DNA of 64,000 nucleotides from Octopus vulgaris (GCA_951406725.2 OX597826.1:38998001-39062000), one strand, 5' to 3'. Positions 39,090 to 53,397 are shown, counted from the first letter of the stretch. Numbers and translations: made by a program. Notes: a model not told the origin generated them from the sequence alone.

Positions 39090-39780
39090 ACATGAAACAG
39101 ATCAGGATGGTAATATGTACTGCATATCACCTATCAGATGCTTCAAATCAAGGGGGCGCATTTGAAGAAAGATGAAATGGGTATTAACCAATCTAGATGA
39201 TGGCCTTCTGAGACTTCAACCTCACTGACACTTTTCTCAGACTGTAACTTAGAACTAACAATGTATGATCTGTAGAAAACTAAGCATGTAGGCTATTGAA
39301 AGCTCTTGACTCCTTTCCAGCCATAAACTTTCATAAAGCTGATTGAAGAGGTTCTTAGTTCCTGGAATAAATCTGATCTACCAGTCTCTCTACACAGTAT
39401 ATTGACATAAAGCTACAGCACTTTATCATAATTATTCAATGACATATGCAGTAAATTTACTCTAGGAAGGATGTCAAACTGACAAACAATTCCCAGGAAT
39501 ATGAAGATCCTAATGAGATGACAAGCAATAATCTATTCCATGTAAACAAGCCACTAAAGGATAATGAAATAACCTATCTGAAAGACTGCTTCAGATTGAA
39601 AATGAGCTCCAACACGCTCATGAAAAACAGAGGGCAGAGAAGGAAGACAGGGCTGTAAAAAATGTAACGACAAACTTGAAAGCCTTCTACAGATTTGCAA
39701 AAGAGTCTGCTTCAGTACGGTAACAAGATAGGTCCACTGTTTGGAGAAAATGGCTCACTGGCTCCAAATACTCAGGATAA
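39090..39780 (+). mobile_element. Degenerate LINE fragment (CR1/L2-like linker region)
   Basis: AVKNVTTNLKAFYRFAK followed by an IGPL-like remnant. Confidence 0.4.
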
Positions 39781-40829
39781 TTGTGTGTATATATATTAAA
39801 ATTTATTGGCAATATTTATCAGCAGTCAATTTTTCATTGCATTGTAAATGCATGTTCTTTTAACAAATACCTGTATTTTACATTTTGCACTGTTGATGTT
39901 CAAGTTTCCTTCATGTTGCATATTTTGCAAGCATTCTTTACACATATGCATGCCACAGTATACTTATGTATATACACTATAGGAATATATGATACAACGA
40001 TATCAAATCAATGTAAAACACATTATCTTAAACATAGCATGCTCACACGAGTATATTTTAATATAATCCTGGGAATAACTTTATAGTCTACTTTCCAAAG
40101 TTTGTCTCCAGAGATTGGCTAGCAAAGGTTATTATATAATAAGACTTCTTTTAGTGGATATACGAGTGGAAATCTGCAAATATCCATAGAGTATAAACAA
40201 ACAAATTTTAATATGAGAAGATGGATTGAACAGACTTTATTACAAATCATTACAATATTTTCAATGCATCATCATTAGCTGTCAATTGCTGAATGTTACA
40301 TATGTTATATGCAATATTACATTAATATGATTCACCAATATCTGTATACATGTGCATCCCCTGGTAACCAGAGTCAAAGCACTGCTGTATGATCTTTAGT
40401 TTCTCCACATTTTATACCCACAGCAAATACTATTTTCAGTATTCCTCTTACAAAGAAGAACAAGGAAATACACAGAGATACAAATGAGAAAATAACAACA
40501 AAAACAAATGAAGAGAAATAAAAAAATAAAGAATAAAGAAACAGCATATTTGATCTTTAACCACAGACTTGTTTGGAATTTTAAGAAAAAAAGAACATTT
40601 AAACATAAGAATAACTTTTCTTAATGACTTGAAAAGCAACAGGTTAAAGACAGTGGTAATGTTACTATACATCTGAAATTAAGTCCATAAGGTAACACAG
40701 TTTTTGGTATCCAGCTGAGTTAAGGAAGTGAACTGATTTACTTTGAAGTGGACTGGTAACAGACATAAAAGGGTAGTTGTTTAAGATTATCCTGTTGTGA
40801 TATTCATATTTTTCTTCTTTTTTATTTTC

Positions 40830-41165
40830 TTGTGTGGTAAGAAATATGCTTTCCACCACATGGTTCCAGGTTCAGTCCCACTGTGTGGCACCTTGGGCAA
40901 GTGTCATCTCCTATAGCTTTGGGATAACCAAAGCCTTGTAAGTGGATTTAATAGACAAAAAACGGAAAGAAGCCCATCATATGTGTGTCTTTGTGTCTGT
41001 TCCCCACTGCCTGACAACTGCTGTGGGTGTGTTTATGCTCCCTGTGACTTGGTGTTCAGCACAAGACACTAGTAGAATAAGTACTGAGGTTGATTCATTT
41101 AACTAAAATTCTTCAAGGAGGTGCCAAAGCATGGCCACAGTCTCATGACTGAAACCAGTAAAGAA
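40830..41165 (+). mobile_element. SINE family A
   Basis: gtgtggtaag...gttccaggttcagtcccactgtgtggcaccttgggcaagtgtc...catggccacagtc. Confidence 0.8.
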
Positions 41166-41448
41166 TCAACATATGTATATACGCACATAGACTCACATAC
41201 ATATATATACATACACATATATGTATATACACATACAAACACACCTGCATCATGAATTTTGTTCATGTTTCAGTATGCGCATATGATTATTTATGGGATT
41301 ACATAGACTTTTGATATCCAAGTTGGTTTATAGAGTTGTATGTACAATGCATATAAATTTGTGTAGTTTAGGGAATCCAATAATTTCATGGGAGTATATC
41401 CAAAAACTTACCCAGATTGGAGGGGTGGCAATGTGTTTGATATTAGAG

Positions 41449-41479
<31 letters not shown>

Positions 41480-41989
41480 TGCCAAAACTAACTTCACTTG
41501 TGCTAGTGTCACATAAAAAGCACTGAGTCCACTCTGTTGAGTGGTTTGTGTTAGATAGGGCATCCAGCTGTAAAATCCCTTCCAAAACAGACACAGTAGC
41601 CTAGGGTAGTTTTTCTATCTGGCCAGCTCCTGCCAACCATCCTACCCATGCATGCATGGAAAATGGATATTAAATGAAGATGATGATGATGATGATATAT
41701 ATATATATATATATACACACGCACACACATGTCCATTCCTTAACCTATTTCCAAGCAAAGTAATAATTCCCCAGTCTATAAAGCAATGAGCATGTTTTCA
41801 TCTGCATGGACAGAGAGGCTTTTGTTCACACTGGGGCTTCACATATGTGAAGACAAAGAGTAATATGAACTCAGTTTGCTGAGACGCGCACACACACACA
41901 TAACTATGAGCTTATTGCCGTTTCTATCTACAGATTTTATATACAAAGTAGTAAGTCAACCTAAGGCTATAGTAGAGGAGAACAGTTGA

Positions 41990-42700
41990 TGCATCCACAT
42001 TATCTTTTTTGAGTAGTGGTGATTTGGCCATTAAAATTAGTAGTTTTTGCTAGGATATGCCATTCTAAACTATAGTTGAATTTTTGTCTTTTAATTCCCA
42101 GATGTATCTACTAAGTCCTGTAGAGTTTGCTTTACATCTATTTCTAAAGGTAGATTTTTTTTTGGGGGGGGGGGTATTGTATCTAAGTATCATTTCATTT
42201 TTCGTTACTCCTATATAAGATTTTGTATGGTTATTTCTGTCTCTGCAGCCACATAAATTATTCAGTTTATCTGTGCTTGCGTTATGTTGAGTGGGGTTTT
42301 TATTTATCAGGTCATAGTCCATAATGTTCGAGGGTGAGTTATTAGGGACAAGATTTATTCCATTTGCCTGTTGGCAGTTGTGTTTTATGTTGGTATTTTT
42401 CCTAGTCTTGTAGAAGGCATCTAGCTTGTTGATTGAGGCTATGATGGTAGCTAGGTTACTACTTAGGCTATGGCCTACTCTAATTTTATTCCTAAAGATT
42501 CCTGAGTATTTGTTATTTAAGTTCACGTGCTTATCAATAAGTCTCATTATGGAGTGAGCTATGTTAGATTTACTAATGAGTTGCTTAAGGAAAGCATTCT
42601 TTGGGGGAATGGATATATCCTCAAGAGATGCGTTTATATTAAATAACCCCATATGCGGTAACTATTTTATTAGCAGGTTATATGGAAACCTTGTTGAAGT
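41990..42700 (-). mobile_element. Penelope-like element remnant (GIY-YIG)
   Basis: ORF 42065..42652 ends YIGVTKNEMILRYN...STFRNRCKANSTGLSRYIWELKD. Confidence 0.75.
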
Positions 42701-43387
42701 ATATATAAATGAATGTGTGTATTTTTGCCTTGTTTACCATTAACAGGGAAAAAATAAATAAACAGTTACCAGGGCAGCAAAAAATCACACAAGTAAAAAA
42801 GAAGGAACACCTTGTTTGTAAAGGTAGAAACTCTGGGTTGATGTGAAATATTTTGTATAATATATATATAAATAAATAAATGGAGTTAAACGCAGGTGTT
42901 ATTCAAATTCTTTTACTTCCAACATATGTTTCGAAGACAACATTGGTATTATTCCTAAAGTTCATATAAGTCATTTCTACCATTCTATATAATTTGAACA
43001 TGGATTTTCTTCTTACATTTCACTTCCACTAGACATATCTATTTCCAAGCCTTCAAGCTTTTATTTTAATTCACATATTGCTCTATATTTCTCCTTTATT
43101 AGTTTTCTGCTTATTCCTCTCTTTTACCCCTTCTCTTTCTATAGGTTACCTTTGACATTATATCTACTAATGGTTTTTTTAAAAAACTTAATAGCGTTCT
43201 GTTCATCATTACACACATTCATCACATTCTGTTAAAATGTTTAATTGATGTGTTTGGTTTCTTTCTTTCCCTGGTGAGAAGATTACATTGTTTTACACCA
43301 TTTCATTCCTTTTGGAATAATATCAATGTTGTCTTCGAAACATATGTCAGTAGTAAAAGAATTTGAATAACACCTGCATTTAACTCC

Positions 43388-43430
<43 letters not shown>

Positions 43431-43785
43431 TACACACTGTCCAATGCATCTAATATAAGAACCAGGCACTGCAATAGCTCTGCCAAAACAATTGAGAAAT
43501 ACAGATGTGGAAATTTTCAAAAAGAAACTGGACACTCTCCTATCCACAATACCAGACGAACCAATGGTTTGACATGAGGCACAGTTGAGAGCAGCAGTGT
43601 CAAATTCCCTCGTACACTAGATGGGCTACTGATAATTTTGATGGGATTGCATTAGTCAGAGGAGAGAAATCATGGAAGGACTGTGGTGAAGGTACAAAAA
43701 TAAAGAGTAAATAAAAATCATGGTGGTGCTCCAGCATGACCACAGCCACCTGGCTGAAGCACATAAAAGAATACACAGACATGTG

Positions 43786-43829
<44 letters not shown>

Positions 43830-44344
43830 CAGTTAAAATTTACAGAAAAACAAATGACAAAGACAGGTGTTTGAGCAACAAGCATGTGTATTAGTTTGAT
43901 GCTCGGGAAAGTAAGAAAGTCTTTTATGTTTTGAGCCTATGCTCTTCAACAGAAAGGAATATGAGGAAATGAACAGAGAGAAAAAAAAATAAACTTGTGG
44001 ATTTAACGATCAATCATGGCGACTGGTTGGGAATAAATAGTTTGGCAGGAGATCTAAGACGAAGGGGAGATAAAGTACTGCAGAACCCAAAACAAAGGTG
44101 TGCATACATGTTTGTAGGTGAGAGTGTGTAAATGTGTGTGTGGATTAGAAGTTAGTGACTTTGACGTGTGGATGTGTGTGTCTGTAATGTGTAGGTGAAT
44201 GGATATACATATATATATATACCAGCTGGTGCTATTAAGTCAGACATGGTCTGAGCCAATACTAGCCAAAACCTATCAAAGTATCAATGTATATATATAT
44301 ATATATATACATACATACACATATATATATATATATATTCCTGT

Positions 44345-44732
44345 ATTCTTTTATTTGTTTCAGTCATTTGACTGTGATCATGATGGGGCACTGCCTTTAG
44401 TCGAACAAATCGACCCCAGGACTTATTCTTTGTAAGCCTAGTACTTATTCTATGGGTCTCTTTTGCTGAACTGCTAAGTTACGGGGACATAAGCACACCA
44501 ACATTGGTTGTCAAGTGATGATAGGGGGACAAACACAGACACAAAGACATATACATATATATATGTATATACGATGGGCTTCTTTCAGTTTCCGTCTACC
44601 AAATCCACTCACAAGGCTTTGGCCGGCCCGAGGCTATAGTAGAAGACACTTGCCCAAGGTGCCACGCAGTGGGACTGAACCCGGAACCATGTGATTGGTA
44701 AGCAAGCTACTTACCACACAGCGACTCCTACG

Positions 44733-44737
<5 letters not shown>
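44345..44737 (-). mobile_element. SINE family A (well preserved)
   Basis: Full head and tail, homology to 49092-49497. Confidence 0.88.
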
Positions 44738-44773
<36 letters not shown>

Positions 44774-45248
44774 GATAGATAGGTAGAAAGATAGATAGGT
44801 AGGTAGAAAGATAGATAGACAGTTGTATTTTGATCATTTTAAACTTTCTATCATTTTAGTATCATTTCCTTTTGTCTTATTCACTCTTTTGTCGATTAAG
44901 TAGTAAAAAAAACAAAAAAAAATTACAGTAATATATTTTTACCCCAGTCAAAAACTAAAAATTCATATTTTTTAAATTTTTGTTTGTTTAAACGTTGCTT
45001 TTACTGTTTTTTAATGTTTCTTTCAAAATGTGCATTGCATTAAAAGTTTTGTATTATGATTTCTGCCACAATACTGTCACAATTTGACAGAAATGAAGAG
45101 AAAATGAAAGAAGGAAAAAAACAGACAAAAACAGTAGAAAACAAAACCAACATCACCGGCAAGAGATATTTTGTGTTGTTCGTGAAGAAGAGAAGTATGT
45201 TTTATAATTCATATTTCTGGTTGCAGCCACATTTTTTAAAAAATTCAT

Positions 45249-45329
45249 TTAAGTTTGGGTGATGAATAGTTCCAATAAATTACTTAAGTTTTCTCGTAGA
45301 GTAGAAAATGAATATCGTTCATCTGGGTT
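45249..45329 (-). CDS. Tec-family kinase terminal coding exon: [26 protein letters not shown]
   Basis: ttgcag acceptor, PDER motif, TAA at 45249-45251. Confidence 0.88.
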   Translation of the reverse strand, partial: NPDERYSFSTLRENLSNLLELFITQT

Positions 45330-48300
45330 CTGCAAGAATAGAATGAGTAAAACATTTACTGAAGGATTTTGCAATGAACAATATAGCATTATGAAGAGAG
45401 TCACTACCAGTGTTCTTATATCTGAATCATTACTAGAACTAGAGAAGAAATTTCAGGTGTTAACCTAGCAAAAATCAAAGTCTTAGTAAGTAGGAAAGCA
45501 GACAAATCACAAATCCCTTTAGGTAGATGGCCCTGCTCAATCTGTGGGAAAGACATAGGTAGAACCTTCATAAGATGTATATGGTGCAAGCTATGGACAC
45601 ATAGGAGGTGCAGCAATATCAAAGGAAGATTAACTGGGGAAGGAAGATGCAGAGGTACCATAAACACTAAAATTGTACAGAAACTAGACTCCATTGACTG
45701 CCAGAGGGATGGATAGGGGTGGGGGTGATGATGAAGTCTAACCTGGTTGCACATGTAGCAATGGCACCAGTTGCACCGTTGCACAAATGTATAGTAGTGT
45801 AATGTGGGTTGAAGCTTAGAAGATTGCTGGCAACTAATCATGGCTGGGTATGATTGTGAAATGGGAAACCTAGTCTAAGAGGTAATGCTGTTATATAAAG
45901 CTGTTTATGGAAAGAAGGAGAGAGTAGGAGAAAGAGGGGGGAATAGAGAGAGAGAGAGAGAGATAAAGGTAAAGAGATGGTGCAAGGAAGATTTCCATTT
46001 TCTGATCCCAAAACAGAAATATAATACTCACTTTCTTCCAGCACATTCTCATTTCTTGATATATATCCTTTGGACAAGTAGTAGGCTTCTCCAGCCGGGC
46101 ACTGCTACTACAGACCAACTCAAGGACCTCAGTGTTGGATTTATCAGCATATGGTTCTTCCCCACAAGTAAAGATTTCCCACATTAGAACTCCTGTAATA
46201 AAAATATGAAAAAAATAAAGGCATAGATACGACTGTGTGGTAAGAAGTTTGCTTCTCAACCACATGGTTTTGGGTTCAGTCCCATTGTGTAGCACCTTGG
46301 GCAGGTGTCTTCTAAAGTCTTCAACTGACCAAAGCCCTGTGAGTAATTTGGTAGATGAAAAATAAAAAAAAGCATGTAGTATACGTGTGTGTGAGTGTGT
46401 GTGTGTGTGTTTGTTCCCCACCACCGCTTGACAACAAATGTTGGTATGTTTATGTCCCAGTAACTTAGCAATTTGACAAAAGACACTGAGAGAATAAGTA
46501 CCAGGCTTTAAAAAAATAAGTACTGAGGTTGATTTGTTTGACCCCAGCACTTATTTTTTTAATAAGATGCTCCAGGATGGCCACAGTCCAATGACTGAAA
46601 CAATTAAAAAGAAATGTATAAAATAAGCAAACACATGGAAGGGTAGATTATACAAATCATGATGGCCACTTTCTTGCACACAAAAGTTCACATGCACATC
46701 TAATTTTACCATCTGACATCCATTCCATAATAAACTTACTGTACAGAACTCAACATTAATCCTGATGCACAAAACAGAAGCTTCAAAGTGAATAGAAATA
46801 CAAACTTTACTGTATTGATATCACAGTCTATATTCTTGTTTATAACCTATATCCAATTGTACTGCCCATAGGTCACACTAATATCTCTATAAACCACACT
46901 GCTCACATCCTACACTAATTTGTCTACCCACACAAATATATTCATAATTGATAATAACGTACATAAGCCACACTGTCTAGCCTCCATAGCAAGATGTCCA
47001 GAAACTATGCTGCCCTGTCCCCACACTAAAATGCCAATGTTGTAATAGATTCTGTCTCCCAATTTAGACACTTTACATTATTCTCATCAGAACCACATTT
47101 TTCCTATTCATGTTGTCCCACTGACTTATAAATCTCACACAATTCAAACTCATAATTTACAACACAAGTTCTCAGCTATCTTAAATTTTTTCCTCTCTCT
47201 CTCTCTTTCTCCTGTATCTCATCAACAAGTGCATGTTATATACCCCCCCACCACCACCACCACCAATGGAGAGAGTTACGAAAATAATTCATTCTGGCTA
47301 TGAAATAGTCTCATTTAATAATGAAAATATTGCTTTATAACTATGAAACACTATCATTTCCATCCATCTTCTCTATTTACTATTACTGGGTAGGTCACAG
47401 CAGTAAAGCCCTCAGACACCTCCTCCACAGGGTCCTGTCAGAAGCAACCCCTTTACAGACTTTCCAGCTGGGTCCCCAAGTATGACCAACTAAGACTATA
47501 CTTTTTTTACTCTTTTACTTGTTTCAGTTATTTGACTGCGGCCATGCTGGAGCACAGCCACTCCTGCGCCTATGGATATCCAACCTACAGGAGACCTCAT
47601 AGGTCTCCTGTAGGTTATCTCAGCTTCAAGAATCCATTTAGTACTGACTTCGATTTTGAAAAGCACAAAAGCTAGGTTTGAATTCAAAGAAAGGAAAGAT
47701 ATGATCAACCGTCTATTTTTTATAGATGACTTAAAGATTTATGGGAAAGATGAATAAAAGCTGAATTCACTGATTCATTGCTTTGCATGGGCACTAGAAT
47801 GGAATTTAGGCTAAAAAAATGTCATTGTTGATTTTAAAAATAGGTAAAGTCCAACAAGTGGATAGCATGATATTGTCATGAAGAGAGTTAATGAAGAGAA
47901 TTGAAATGAAGGATATACATATCTAGGCATATTGGAAGTAGATGAACTGATGAAAAGCCAAATGAAGAAGATATTTTCCCAAGAGCATTACAGAAGGCAG
48001 AGATTGATTTTGAAGACTAAACTGAATGGGAGGGATAAGTTCCATGTAATAGATATATGGGCAATTATTCTCTTGAGATACTGAGCAGGGGGAATATATC
48101 AGTGAAGAAAGGAACTGCTGACAATACACTACATTTCACTCAAGTGATGCTGACAGGCCACATCTGATAAGAAAGAAAGGATAGCTAAGTTGTGAGGATT
48201 GTATTCATCATCATTGTCCTGATTTAATGTCTATTTTCCATGCTGATATGGGTTGGATGGTTTGACACCAGCTGGCAAGTCAGAAGACTGTACCGATCTT

Positions 48301-51300
48301 TACTATCTGCTTTGGTATGATATCTATGGTTGGATGCCCTTCCTAATACCAACCACTTTATAAAGTGTACCAGGTGCTTTTTATATGGCAATAGTGGCAG
48401 TGAGGTCATCAAATAATTTACAAGACAATAACCCACCTCAGCTGATGGCTGAGTAGTATTGAAGGAGGTGGCCAGGTAAAGAGACATTAGAGTATGAATA
48501 GAGGGACAAAAATAGGTGGCTTGAAGGAAAGGTGGTACATGGCTACCTCAGTAAGAGAGAGAAAGAGAGAGAGAGGGGGGGGAGAAAGAGAGATGTGACA
48601 GAAGGGTGCACTCAAGTTACATGGAGGTGTACATAAAGGAATAGAACCAACAATTGTATAGGGTGAGTGGGCAGGTAAGTTTATGATATGCAAAAGGAGA
48701 GTGAGAGATGGAGGGGAGCACTACTTGAGCAAGTATGGAAGGCAGGTTTGCTATATACAAAAAGCAGTCAGTATAAGATGAAATACAAATTAAAAACAGA
48801 AATAAAGAAGGAAAACAACTGGAAGGGCAAGAAGATGCATGCTCAGTTCTTGAGAGAGAGATACCAAGAAACACAGATTCAGAGGCCTTGATATGCATAG
48901 CACAGAGACAAGCATTGAGATCAAATTACATCAAGCACAGAATAGGTCATTCCACAGACACTGAAAAATGCACAATGTGTAGTGAAATTGAAGAAACAGT
49001 GTGGCATATCTTAAGTAAATGCAGCAAATTGGCTTAGAGAGAACTTGAGAGAAGGCACGACAACGTCACCTGAATGGTTCACTGGGGACTATTCTCTTTT
49101 TTACTTGTTTCAGTCATTTGACTGCGGCCATGCTGGAGCACCGCCTTCTAGTTGAGTAAATCGACCCCAGGACTTATTCTTTGTAAGCCTAGTACTTAAT
49201 CTATCAGTCTCTTTTGCTGAACCGCTAGGTTACAGGACGTAAACACACCACCATCGGTTGTCAAGCAATGGTGGGGGGACAAACACAGACACACAAACAT
49301 ATACATACATACATATATATATACATATATACGATGAGTTTCTTCCAGTTTCCGTCTACCAAATCCACTCACAAGGCTTTGGTCAGCCCGAGGCTATAGT
49401 AGAAGACACTTGCCCAAGGTGCCACGCAGTGGGAATGAACCCGGAACCATGTGGTTGGTAAGCAAGCTACTTACCACACAGCCACTCCTGCGCCTATGTA
49501 ACAATTTGAAATGGAAAAGGTGAAAGGAAGTTGTGAACATGAGCCAAAAGATGTAGTAGAAAACAACAGAGCAAAAACAACATTTAGGAGGGAAAACAGG
49601 AAAATTTTACTCACCAAAAGCCCAAACATCAGATTTGCTGCTGAATCTATAAAACTGAAAAACTTCTGGTGATGCCCATTTTACAGGAAGTTTAGCACAA
49701 GAGGAACTGTTGTACAGATCATTGATGACATAACTGTAGACAGAAAGAGGTGAAAGGTAGGATTGAAATAAATGGTATAATGAGCGAGTGGTGGATTAAG
49801 TGAATGAAATAGGGGTAGACTGAGTGAGTGAGCAAGTAGAATAATAGGATATTTGAATAAAACTTTAGTGTAGATATTAAGAGACACAAAGTGGATGTTG
49901 TCTTGTGCATGATTCAAAACTGAGAATGTAAAGGGACAATTTTTTTTCAAAACTCAACCACAAGGGAGATAATCCTCTAGTTGGTAACTGAAGAGTCGCC
50001 CCCCCTGTTTTTATGAGACATTGTAACCTCGTTTTTTTATCGTGTTTTAATCCAAAATGAAGAACGGCAATTGGTTTCCATTGTGTAGGCTGCACGATAA
50101 GCTTTCTCGGTTTTGACATTTTTTCATTCGCATACAAGGTAGTCTTTAATGTAAGACGTGTTATTCACTTAACAATGACCATTTTGCTACTGGTTACCAT
50201 CCAAGACATTTGATAACTAGTAAACCTAATACTGCATATGATTGGATAGTTGTGTTTTCTTCTACTTGTCAGAATTATTGATTTTTTAAAGTGTTAACAG
50301 ATTCACAAGAAACAAGGAGTGTCAACCTGAAATTTCCTGCCTTACAACAGTTAAGCCAACCAAACCAACAACTGCACAATTAAACAAAGAACAACAATAA
50401 TTACCGTGTCAACCCGAAATCTCCCACCTTGACCACATAGTTACTGCCAACCAGGCAGTTTCTGGCTGCTAAGTCTCGGTGGACGAAATTTTTAGACTCC
50501 AAGTACTTCATTCCTTTACAGATATCCATACAAAACCCAATAAGTTTTTCAGTTTGGTACAAAATTAAAGATTTGTTGTTTTTCAGGTGTTGTTTGAGAG
50601 AACCTGAGAATAAAAAAAAAGAAATGAAATGATTCAATGATAAGAATCCCTATTGATTTTCATGTTACAAAGTGAGATGCTTCTGGGAGATATTTTTCAA
50701 AAAGGATTAACAATAATAAAAAAAATGCAAATAACGCTAATCATTTTTATGAATGCAAATAACAATTTCTAAACGTAGACATTTCATAAAAACATTTGAA
50801 GGAAAATATGTTATGTAATAAATAAGAACTGTAATAGAGAACTTTCTTATCACCGAGGGGATAGAATGGGGATTCTGACAATGAACGAAAGCAAAAGGAA
50901 ATGAAATAGAACTCTTTGAAATAAGTGAGCAACAGTTAGCCAACCAGGCAAGAGCAATAAAAGCAAAATGCTGGTTAACAGATATAGAAATTGAAGAGAT
51001 AAAAGTGTAGATGTAAATGCATTCTCAGAAAACGAAGCAGAAGTAATAGGAAGAGCTATAGCACAAGAATACGATGAGGACCAACAAGATATAGTGAGGA
51101 TGCTGAGCTGATATAAGACCAGGAACAATCGCCCTACCTATCTGAGGTACACTGATCAATGCAAACTCAAAGTTGAAACCGAAAAGATAGATTTGGTTCA
51201 TGGGCTATTCCAGACGAGAAATATAACTGAAAGTAACAAGATTATTTGGGCTGCAGCTATGGTTGCTGAAGATAGGGTTGGATACAAAGGAAGAGAACAA

Positions 51301-53364
51301 ACAAACTGTAAAAAACCATTCTGGCAGAGACGAATTTGTGAGAAACAAAGTGAAAAAGACATTTAGGACAAGTTGATAGATTGAGTAGAAGCGTATTGCA
51401 GAACGATAGCCTAAGAATAATGGTGGAAAGAACATACAATAAGAGATAAAGGGTACGATATGATATTGGAAGAATTGAAACAAAGAGTAGTAGCAATCAA
51501 AGCAAAACTGGAAAGATATGACAAAAGAACAAAACAATTCATGCAAAATAGATTGTTTGAAGCAAATCAGAAGAAACTGTTTCATGAACTAGATTGGCAA
51601 TTACACGTAACAATGATACCAGATGCAGTGGAAAGCAGGGCATTCTGGAGAGGGATCAGGGACCAACCTGTAGAGCATAATGATGAAGCGGAATGGCTGC
51701 ATGAAATATAAGATAGGTTAAGAAATATAAAAGGCCAAGAAGACATAAAGATAACTACAGAAACGATAAAAAAGCAGTTTAAAAAATTCCTAAATTGGAA
51801 GAGCTCAGGACCAGATGGCATCCAAGGGTATTGGATAAAGAAGCTGAAAGGGCTCCATGAAAAGATAGTGCAACAGCTAAGTGAGTGCTTGCAGAAAGGT
51901 GCAGTACCCAGCTGGATGACAAAGAGAAAGACGTTGTGTGCCAAGGATCCTGAAAAGAGAAATGTTGCATCGAACTTTAGACCATTGACATGCCTTCTGC
52001 TAATATGGAAACTAATGTCAGGTGTGTGGGCAGGTGAACTGTATAGATACCTGGAAAACAGTGGGCTGCTACCTACTAAACAGAAAAGGCGCCAAAAGAG
52101 GTGCTGGGGAACGAAGGATCAGCTCTTAATTGATAATCTAATTATCAGGAACTGCAAGAGAAGACACACAAACCTGAGCATGGCATGGGTTGACTATGAT
52201 AAAGCATACAATATGAAACTATACTCCTGGATAATAAAAACAATGGAAATGTATGGAGTAGCAGAAAATATGAGAAGCCTTATATGGAATAGCATGAAAT
52301 GCTGGAGAAAATTGACAGCAGGGAATCAAGAATTAGGAAGAGGTGAAAAATTAAGAGAGGTATCTTCCAGAGGGACAGTGTCCCCACTGATCTTCATGCT
52401 GGGAATGACCCCACTATGCTGGGAATGACCTGAGATGAACAGGAAGTCAAGAAAGCACCTAATGATGCATGGAGCCCATAATCCACATGTGGATACTGAT
52501 TGCCTATACATGAAGAGAGCAAACAGAGGAAGTGGACTGAAAAGTGTGGAAGACTGTGTGTGTATCGAACTCAAGAGCTTAATGAGATACCTAACCCAAA
52601 GTAAGGAGACCTTGCTAATGACAGTTAGGAACAAGGGAGTAATGAAAGCAGAGAAAAAGGGAAAAACAAAGAAGTGCAAAAAGGACATGAAGAAGAATTA
52701 CACAAAAAGGGATTACACAATCAATTCCATGCAGCCACAACAGAAGTTGCTCAAAAAAATAGGTGGGATTAACTGATGAAAGGAACACTAAAAAAAGAGA
52801 CCAAGAGCACTATACTGGCAGCACAAGACCATGCTTTGGCCACGAACTGGAGGATCAACTTTAGGAATGAGTAAGTGTCTCTGCTGTGTAGCATCTGCAA
52901 TAGAGTGGATAAAACCATTGCCCATATCATGAACGAATACCCTACACTTGCCCCGAACCACTACAAGTTGTGGCTACGTGATCAGGTAGTGAAAGTGCTA
53001 CATTGGAAACTGTGCTAAAAGTGGGGGCTAGAGAAAGGCAAGATGTGGTATGAGCACAAACTGCAGAGAGTGGCAGAGTTGGAGACTAGCAAAATCCTCA
53101 TGTGTTGAGAGGAATTCTTTGGGGTATGGATAATTTGCATCTGGTGTTTTGTTCAACATCCTTAAAGAACCCTCATTCAGGGACAACTTGAAGAAAATTC
53201 TACCTGGGCCCCACCTGCAAGGTCATATGCTGTTTATCTTGATATGAAATCAGAATGTTTTGTACATATGGTTGTGATGCATGTGCCTGGTGTACCTTTA
53301 TCAGACAAGTAGTCATGAAGGGTATATTGGGTTTCATATGTTTGTACCCCAGTGTCTTTAACTC

Positions 53365-53397
<33 letters not shown>

